A DNA stretch of 8,163 bases from Fonticula alba ATCC 38817. Lineage: Eukaryota; Protista; Nucleariida. The notes below the pieces were generated by a model that made no database searches, had not been told where the DNA came from, and saw only the letters and a program-made list of their open reading frames with translations. Location of the stretch: NCBI GenBank assembly GCA_000388065.2, contig KB932204.1; one strand, given 5' to 3'. Shown in pieces: positions 1 to 7,500 of the stretch. A program made the translations under genes and the position numbers. How positions within the stretch are numbered: position 1 is the first letter of the stretch; the number at the start of each line of letters is the position of its first letter.

Positions 1-66
1 GGGGCGTCAGCATTGGAAGCGGCAGCATGGCCGGCATGCCGGCGGCCGGCACCGGAAGCCACGCAC
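1..66 (-). other. Spliceosomal intron of the SA/Scc3 gene (5' part; runs out of the window)
   Basis: GTGCGT donor at 66..61, exactly where STAG similarity stops. The frame closes shortly after (stop at 9..7). A branch-like GCTGAC at 11..6 is followed by CCCC. No AG dinucleotide in the visible part. Confidence 0.8.
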
Positions 67-513
67 CTCGAGCACGCAATCGGCCAGGCCGGTGATGAAG
101 GCCAGGCAGCAGAGGGTGGCCGTGTGGCGCAGGCCGCGCAGGCGCGACTCCGAGCACTCGACCACCCAGGCCAGGAGCGCCCCGGCGACTTGCTCGCTCA
201 GCAGGAGCCCCGGCCCGAGGGACCGCGGCAGCAGGCGCCAAAAGGTCTGGAGGTTGGTGCGGGCCGTGCGGCCGGCGCGGGAGGTCCGCTGCCCGACCGG
301 GTAGGCCGGCGCCAGGCCGAGGGCCCGGCCGGACTGCTGGTCGGCCAGCTGCTCGATCTGGCGCAGGGCGTCGCCCGGGTCGGCGGCCAGGACCTCGGCC
401 AGGCGCACGCCCGACAGGCCGGCCAGGCCGAGAAGCACATTGAGCAGGGCACCTGCGGCCGCGGCCGGGTCGCCGCGAAAGACCGAGGCATACTGGTCGC
501 ACGTGAGCTCCAT
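67..513 (-). other. Conserved SA/Scc3 region including the STAG domain (Pfam STAG-like)
   Basis: Contains the family's S..R..RHT.TL signature (SESRLRGLRHTATL) and the upstream YP and helix motifs. Recognised from memory of the family; no search was run. Confidence 0.85.
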
Positions 514-1266
514 CGGATCGACCTGGGCCGTGGGGCCGGCCCCGCGCCGGGGCGCCGACACGGGCCGCTCGGTGAAGGCCTCCCGCAGGCAGGCCTGCAG
601 CTCGGCCTCCAGGCGCTGGCCATCGAGCGAGGTGATCAGCCGCCACCGCCGAAAGGGCGGGGCGCTGGCGGGGGCGCTGGCGGTGGCCCCGGGGCCGGCT
701 GACGGGCCGGTGGCCCCGGCCCCGGGCCCAGCCTCGGCCCCCAGCGACGAGCTGTACATGGCGAAGAGCTCCTCATCCTCGAGATCGCGGATGCGCGGCA
801 GCCGCAGGCGCGGCGGGTGGGCCGGCACCACCCGCTGAGGTGCCGGCCCTCGGGCCCGGCGAGGGGTCCTGGCCGGCGACAGGGGCCCCGGCTCGGGCGA
901 GGGGCTGCGAGAGGGGGCCCGCGCCGGGGCCCGCCGAGTGGCCCCCCCGCTTGCCCGGGGGGCGGGAGCCGCGGACGACGAGGCGCCGCCGCCGGGGCTT
1001 GGGCCGGCCTCCGGCGGGGCCCTGCGAGGTGCGGCCCGGGCGGGAGGCCGCCGGGCGCCCGGCCCGGCGCGACCGGCCCGGCGCTCCGGGACTTCGGGCC
1101 CGCCCGAGAGCATGGCATCCGCGCTGGGCGCCGGCGAGGGGCTCCGCCGGGGGGCCGGCGGCTCGGCGGCCCGGCGGCGCTTGGGCGCCGGTACCAGAGG
1201 AGCTGGTGCCGAGGCCGGGCGGGCTCGCCGCCGCGGGTACCGCGCCGAGGGAGGGGTGTCCGCCAT
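67..1266 (-). CDS. SCC3: Cohesin subunit SA/Scc3 (stromalin, STAG-domain protein), first coding exon (400 codons); the gene continues beyond the left edge
   Basis: The C-terminal half aligns by eye with the SA/Scc3 N-terminal region. CDQYASVFRGDPAAAAGALLNVLLGLAG matches the 'vddWiesYkqDrdiAlldLiNffiqcsG' pattern. AYPV...RTNLQTFWRLL...GLLLSEQVAGALLAWVVECSESRLRGLRHTATLCCLAFITGLADCVLE matches the STAG motif 'YPL...F..F...l...i.ydeymmdtvislLtglSdSqvRafRHTsTlaamklmTaLv.v'. The ATG at 1266 has A at -3 and G at +4 (cagcATGG). The track's start at 1359 lies in a poly-T tract and is not credible. The exon ends at GAG|GTGCGT (phase 0). Confidence 0.88.
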
Positions 1267-1267
1267 G

Positions 1268-1426
1268 CTGGCCCGGCCCGTGGGGGGGGGGGGGAGAAAA
1301 CCGGAGGTGCGAAGAGGGCGGCGGAGGGAGCGAGCGACAGGCGAAAAAAAAAAAAACAAAGGGCAGAGCGGGAGTCCGGCAGGGGGGAAAGAGAGCGAGA
1401 TGCCACGATCGCACTTGCGCGCGCAC
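1268..1426 (-). other. Probable 5'-UTR intron of the SA/Scc3 gene, with two candidate donors (1426 or 1414)
   Basis: Tandem caa|GTGCGC (1426) and caa|GTGCGA (1414) are followed by a pyrimidine-rich stretch (T13, C13) with no AG from 1413 to 1271. It ends in CAG (1270..1268), one base before the ATG. No clear branch point. Confidence 0.45.
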
Positions 1427-1645
1427 TTGCGGCGGCTGGCTGGCCCTTGAGCCCGTCCGGGGGGGGGGGGCGGCGCGCGGCCTCCGTCACAACGCGACCC
1501 CCGGGCGCATAACGATCATTTCAAATTGGATGTGCCATCCGTTGGGAGGTGGTATGGGCTAAAGTCTAAGGTGTATTCCGGCCGAGGGGCCGGGGGCGCG
1601 TGCCGGGGGCATGCGCGTCCCCCCGCGCCGCAAAAAGGGGGCAGG

Positions 1646-1650
1646 GAGCG

Positions 1651-1691
<41 letters not shown>

Positions 1692-1759
1692 CAAGGGCAA
1701 GGGCGGGGCGAGTCGGCGCCGGAGAAGGGGGGCGGAGCGCGGGGGGGGGCATGAGAGCG

Positions 1760-1800
<41 letters not shown>

Positions 1801-1858
1801 CAAGGGCAAGGGCGGGGCGAGTCGGCGCCGGAGAAGGGGGGCGGAGCGCGGGAGGGGG
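1646..1858. repeat. Two-copy direct repeat (period 109 bp), each copy containing a (GA)16 microsatellite
   Basis: 1646..1743 and 1755..1852 are identical over 98 bp, including (GA)16 at 1653..1684 and 1762..1793. The match extends about 6 bp further with one mismatch. Confidence 0.95.
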
Positions 1859-1959
1859 GAAAACGGGTGGCACGCCGGCCCGCGTCCAGGGAGGCCGTGC
1901 GCGCGTCGGTGAGTCAAGAAGCACGGACGGAGGGGGGGGGGGGGAGGGGGGATGGCGCG

Positions 1960-2517
1960 TCACCAGTGCTGCTCGGTGAGGTCCGGGCCATGGTCGGGCT
2001 CCGGGCCGAAGTAGGGCGGCCAGTCGCCGTCGGAGGGGTCGGCATCGGGGTCGGGGCAGGGGGGCGGCCGGTCGCCAGCCGGGGAGTCCGGATGACGGGG
2101 CGAAGCCTCGGCCGGTGGGCGGGGCACGAAAAGGGCGCCGTCGGGGGGGCCGGCATCGGGGTCGGGGTGGGCGCCGGAGCCGGTCCGGGCGCTCGGGGCC
2201 GCGAGGTCCGGCAGCGGCACATAGAAGGCCCCCCACTTTTTGCGGTTCTCCAGCCAATCCGGCGGGAAGGCGGCCCGCTCCGGGCGGCTGTTGGCCAGGC
2301 AAAAGTCCGCGGCCATCGGCGGGAGCTTGAAGTGCTGCGGGAACCGGGCGTGCACGGCGAAGAGCAGGTCCTCGAGGTCCGGGGTGCGGACCGCCGCAGA
2401 CCGGAGGTCCTCGTCCATGTTGGACCCGATGCGCAGGTTGCTGAGGAAGCGCTCGCTCCAGGTATGCTCCGGGATGGGCAGGCTATTCCGGCGAAGCATG
2501 TCATAGATGCGCGCGCG
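1960..2517 (-). CDS. PPR-like gene, terminal exon (185 aa + TGA)
   Basis: RARIYDMLRRNSLPIPEHTWSERFL...DLTEQHW*, in phase with the preceding exon; protein-like composition, unlike the overlapping frames. Confidence 0.8.
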   Translation of the reverse strand, partial: RARIYDMLRRNSLPIPEHTWSERFLSNLRIGSNMDEDLRSAAVRTPDLEDLLFAVHARFPQHFKLPPMAADFCLANSRPERAAFPPDWLENRKKWGAFYVPLPDLAAPSARTGSGAHPDPDAGPPDGALFVPRPPAEASPRHPDSPAGDRPPPCPDPDADPSDGDWPPYFGPEPDHGPDLTEQHW

Positions 2518-4493
2518 CTGGGGGGCCGGGGGGGGGGGGGGGGAGGGGGGGCCGGGCACAATGCCGGAGGGGGAGGCAGGGGACAGTGGCGTCAGCGCCC
2601 CGGGGGGAGGGGGAGGGAGTGCAAGTCGAGGGGCAGGAAGCAGGCAAAGGGGCAGGCAGAGGGGCAGGCAGAGGCCGACGCACCACCGCCGGCGAGGCCG
2701 ACACGCCGAAGAAGAAGTCCGGCGGGATGTAGAAGTTGCTGGCCAGCATCTGCCGGTAGAAGGGGACGATGGCCTCGATGGAGTCGTGCTTGGCCAGGAT
2801 CTGGAAGAGCATGTGGTAGGACATCTGAGCCGGGAGGACGCCCAGGTGCTCGGTCAGCAGCTGGAAGTAGTGCGTGGCCATGAGGACCGCCCGCTGGGGG
2901 ACCGGGTCCACCCGGGCGGCGCTCAGCAAGATCTGCAGGGTCATCTGGTTGGGCTGCGAGAGGGTGGCCTCGCGCCGGAGGAAGCCGCTGGTGGCCTCGC
3001 TGGAGAAGGGGTTGCGCTGGGCGAAGAGCTGGCGCGCGGCCGAGCGCGACAGGACCGGCCAGTCGCCGGACTCGGAGGGGCTGCCCTTGGCCGGGGCCGG
3101 GGCCGGGGCCGGCATCGGGGCCGGCCAGATCCGCCGGTGCCGGGGGACCGAGGGCCGGAGGTCCGGATGCCCGGCCAGCGCCTGTTGGTCCAGGCCCACC
3201 GCCACGCGGACATTCCCAAAGAGCGACCGCTCCCACATGGGGAGGTCGATGTCCGGGCGGAAGATCGGATACGACGACAGGAGCCAGATCCGGCGGAATT
3301 TGTCCGACACATGGCCGGTGTCCACCAGCTGCCCGGGCAGGTGCACCGTGCCCGGGGGGTTTTGCCGGTAGTGCTGCTCGAAGTAGAGGTACGTGTCCAG
3401 GAGCTGGCCCTCCTGCACCGAGAGCATGCGCAAATTCTCGTTGGCCAGCTGGACCGGCACGCGCAGGGCCCGGGCCGTGCGGGTGCTGCCATCCAGCACC
3501 GGCGGCTGGTCCGCGCGGACCTCCGTGTCCAGGCAGCCCCGCAGGTAGAGCTCCACCGCCTCCGGGCTCAGGCGTCGGAGCAGCGGCGAGAAAATGTCAC
3601 ACAGGGGATCCGCCTGGCCATCGGCCGGGGGCGGGGCGGCGGCACCGCTGCTGCCAGTGCCGCCGGTCCCGCCGTGGGCCTCGGCCTCCAGGCACTGGGT
3701 CAGGTCCTCCAGCACCGGGAGGGCCATCTGCATGGCCACATTGGACTGGAGGTAGTCCAGGCGAAGCTGGGCCAGGGCCCGGCTGTAGACCCGCTCGGCT
3801 AGGACCACCTTGCCGTGGGTGATGAGGCTGCGGATGTAGTGCGAGTACATGCCGGCGGTGGGGGTGATGCCGACATCGCGCGCCTGGGCGAAGACCCGCG
3901 CCGCGGCGGCCAGATCCCCGGCCCGGCCGTGCGTCTTGATCAGCTTCTCCAGGGCACTGGTCACCATCAGGCGCTGGGAGGGGCTGAGGGGCGTGGCTTC
4001 GGCCATGAAGTCGGTCATGATGCGCCAGGCGCCGTCCGGGTCGTCGGCGCGCAGGCGCCGCAGGAAGGCCGGGAACACCAGCATCGAGGCCACCGCCGGG
4101 AACCGGGCCTCCAGCAGGTCCATGAAGGCCGACATGCCGGACAGGTCGCCGAGGTACTCCAGCGCGCGGATCAGCTCCTGCAGCACCATGTGATGGTACT
4201 GGCGCTGCTCGGGGGTCCGGGGCTCGGGGGCCTGGCCCGGCACCTGGAGCGCGGGGTTCCAATAGGGCCGCGACCACTCGGCGTCGAGGGCCTCGATGTC
4301 CAGCACGTCGAAGTACTGCCGGAACACGGCGAAGAGGCTGGGGAAGTCGCGTGCCCGGCGCAGGGCCACCATCGTGTCGTAGACGATGTGGCTGTCGCGT
4401 GCGTTGCTATGTTGTTGGTAGTGGTGGTGGTGGTGGTGGTGGTGGTGGTGGTGGTGGTGGTGGTGGTGGTGGTGATGATGATGATGATGATGA

Positions 4494-4542
<49 letters not shown>

Positions 4543-7500
4543 GATGTTGTTGTTGTTGTTGTTGTTGTTGTCGTTGTTGGTTGTGGTGGTCGCAGTATTG
4601 TTGTTGTTGTCGTTGTTGGTCGCGGTGGTCGCAGTATTGTTGGTGGTGGTGGTGATCAAAGGAGGGAGGGGCCATGTCAGAGTGAGTTGCGTGATGAAGT
4701 GGCAGGGTGAGCGAAGGGAGCAGGGCGTATGTGGCCATGTGTGGATGCATGGGAAGGAAGCCGGCACGCCGGCGGGGGAGCAAGCGAGGGCAAAGGGGAA
4801 GAAAGTGCCGAAGGAGGAGGCAGCACATGACGGAAAGCCCCACGCACCCTTCCGGATCCTGCTCCCAAAGGTTGACGATGAGCTCCACGTCCGGGGCCAG
4901 GCCCAGGGTCTGGAGCATGGCCGCGCGCAGGCCGGGCGAAATGGCCGGCCGATCGGTCACCAGCCGCCGGAGGAGCGGCTGCAACTGGCCCGGGGTCAGG
5001 GTCTGATCCTGGATCAGGGGCCGGAGCAACGGCAGTATATGACAGTAGAAGGTGTCGGAGAAGCGGCCCACATCCTGGGACAGGCTTTGGACGAAGGCAC
5101 TGGCCCAGGCCGGGCCGCTGCTGAGGCAGTCCAGGAAGAGCCGGTACGCCAGGTCATCCCCGACCGAGGGCCGCGAGAGGACATGGTGCAGGAAGGCGCC
5201 GAAGGGCTGTGGCCGGTTGAGAGCATGGCATGCGGCGAAGGTGGCCCCGGCCAGGTGCATGGTGTGCGCCTGGGAGTCCGGCGCGCAGAGGAGCATGTGC
5301 GTCAGCTCGAAGAAGGCCTCGTCCGAGGTGTCGAGCGACCGGCGCAGGGCCGCATCCAGCAGGCCGAAGGACAGCCCGGCCCGGGTGTCGGGGAAAACCT
5401 GGCCCAGCAGCCGGAGGAGCGGCCCCTCACGCAGGGCCGGGTTGCGCAGGGCCTGGGCGAAGGCGAACTCCCGGTCGGCCAGGGGGATGCCGGCGGCCGC
5501 GTCCGGAGCGCTAACGATTTGCGCGGGGGCGTGGGGGAAGAGGGGGGGAGGAGGGGGAGAAAAGGAGGAGGAGCAGGAGAGGGGAAGAGCATAAGAGGGG
5601 AAGAGCATGAGGAGGGAAGACCATGAGGGGGGAAGAGCATGAGGGGGGAAGAGCATGAGGAGGGAAGAGGGGGGGGGAGGAGGGGGAGAAAAGGAGGGGG
5701 AGAAAAGGAGGAGGAGAAAAGGAGGAGGAGCAGGAGAGGGGAAGAGCATGAGGGGGGAAGAGCATGAGGGGGGAAGACCATGAGGGGGGAAGAGCATGAG
5801 GGGGGAAGAGCATGAGGAGGGAAGAGGGGGGGGGAGGAGGGGGAGAAAAGGAGGGGGAGAAAAGGAGGAGGAGAAAAGGAGGAGGAGCAGGAGAGGGGAA
5901 GAGCATGAGGGGGGAAGAACATGAGGGGGGGAGAGCATGAGGGGGGAAGAACATGAGGAGGGAAGAGCATGAGGGAGGAAGAACATGAGAGGGGAAGACC
6001 ATGAGAGGGGAAGACCATGAGGGGGGAAGAGCATGAGGGGGGAAGAGCATGAGAGAAGGAGGGGGACCGGTGAGAAGGACCAAACACAGAGACAGGCAGG
6101 CAGGAGGGAGAAGGCAGGACGCCGGCGAGCGGGTGCGTACACGGTGAAGGCCCACAACATTTCCGGGATCCAGACACTGGACGTGTCGAGGAGGATGCGC
6201 TCCACATGGCGCGCCGCGTCGGCCACCTGGTCCGGCACGTCGGGCGTCGTTTGGGCGGCCTGGCGCTCGGAGGCCGCGCGCAGCATGCTCAGGGTCTCGA
6301 GAAAGTGCGCCGGGTCCGGGAAGAAGGACCGCGGAGACCGGAGCTTCCAGACATTGAGCAGCATGGTGCGCGAGAGGGGGTCATCCAGCCGGGCGGCCAG
6401 GCGCAGCAGCCGGCCCATTTGCCGGCCGGACAGCCGGGCCCCGGTCCGATGGATGGCCTCCCCGAGGAGGGTCTGCTCATCGGCCGGGGGGATGTACGCC
6501 AGCAGGGCCTGGGCGCCGGCCAGCGCGGCCGGCGGCAACGAAGGCAGGGTCTCGCCGAGGGCCGGCAGCCCGGCCAGGGCCTCCGCGCCATCGGCCGCGG
6601 TCAGGCGGTCGAGGGACGCCTGGAGGAAGCGCTCGGCCATGCGATGGACATGGGCCCGGGCCTTGGCCGGCAGGACATCGGCCGGGACATCGAGGGCCGC
6701 CTGGAAGAGAGCCGCCGCCGAGCCGAGATCGACGGCCGTCAGTCCGGCAACCTGCGGCAGGGCCCCGACCACCGGGCGCAAGGTCCCCAGCATGAGAGCC
6801 AGATCGCGGCTGCCGGCGACCAGCTGCAGGAAGACCGCCAGGGCGGACTCGGGGGAGGGGATGATTTCCGGCCGGGCCGGCCGGGCCCCCTCCCGGCCGC
6901 CAGACGCGTGATCCGACGACCCGGGGGCCGGGCTGGCGGCCGGCCGGGCGACATCCATCGGGCAGGGGGGGACAATGTCCGGGAGGACCAGGGCATCCGG
7001 GGCGGCCGGGCCATCGGCGGCGAGACCACGCAGAGCCGCCGCCAGAGCCGGGCTCGTGACGAAGGCCGGCGAGTGGAGCAACGCATGGATGTGCTCGCGC
7101 GCGGCATCCGAAAAGGAGAACGGGCTCGGCAGGTCGAGCGGCCGGTCGGCCAGCAAGCCGCCAGCCGGCGTCGGGGCCCCGAGCAGGGCGCGCAAGAATT
7201 CCTGGGCCAGCTGGCGAAGGGCCGCGCGGGCGTGGCTTAAGGCCGGCGTGGCGGCCGGGTCGGCCAGCACCCCGGGCAGGGCCGCCAGCCAGTCCGGGCT
7301 GCCGAGGGGCATGGCCGCCCCGGAGCCGGGGTCCAGCACCGGGACCCCGGCGAGGGCGACCACCGCCGCCGGGCTCGACAGGTAGCCCATCAACTGGGCG
7401 AAGGCCGCCGGGGAGAGGTGCTCCGCCAGGGGGACACCGGCGGCGGCGGCGGCCAACACGCGGTCCCGGAGCCCGGCCACCACATGCTGGTGGTTGAATT

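Noticed and set aside
30-43. 14-bp perfect palindrome GCCGGCATGCCGGC in the Scc3 intron
   Set aside because: Short GC-rich palindromes are frequent at this composition, and there is no supporting context.
1267-1359. N-terminal extension MFFFFSPVAR... of Scc3
   Set aside because: It is an alternative-codon start inside a poly-T tract of a probable UTR intron. The ATG at 1266 has a good context.
1526-1917. Short ORFs encoding (ER)n or (SL)n dipeptides
   Set aside because: They are just translations of the (GA)16 tracts.
3093-3110. (GGGGCC)3, the same hexamer as the C9orf72 repeat
   Set aside because: Only three copies, encoding a Pro-Ala linker; expected in GC-rich coding DNA.
3815-5626. 603-aa plus-strand ORF with poly-Val, and the other long plus-strand or alternative-frame ORFs (13..702, 1600..2883, 2507..3802, 6206..7240 etc.)
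   Set aside because: These are antisense or frame shadows of GC-rich coding sequence and of stop-free repeats. They have low-complexity R/G/P/A translations and no recognisable domain.
5533-6055. CRISPR-like or telomeric array
   Set aside because: Units are directly adjacent with no unique spacers, the context is a eukaryotic intron, and the unit does not resemble a telomere repeat.
1646-6140. Mobile element (MITE/SINE or introner) origin of the repeats or long introns
   Set aside because: I found no terminal inverted repeats, target-site duplications, poly-A tail or transposase/RT coding sequence. The five introns share no sequence beyond the splice signals.
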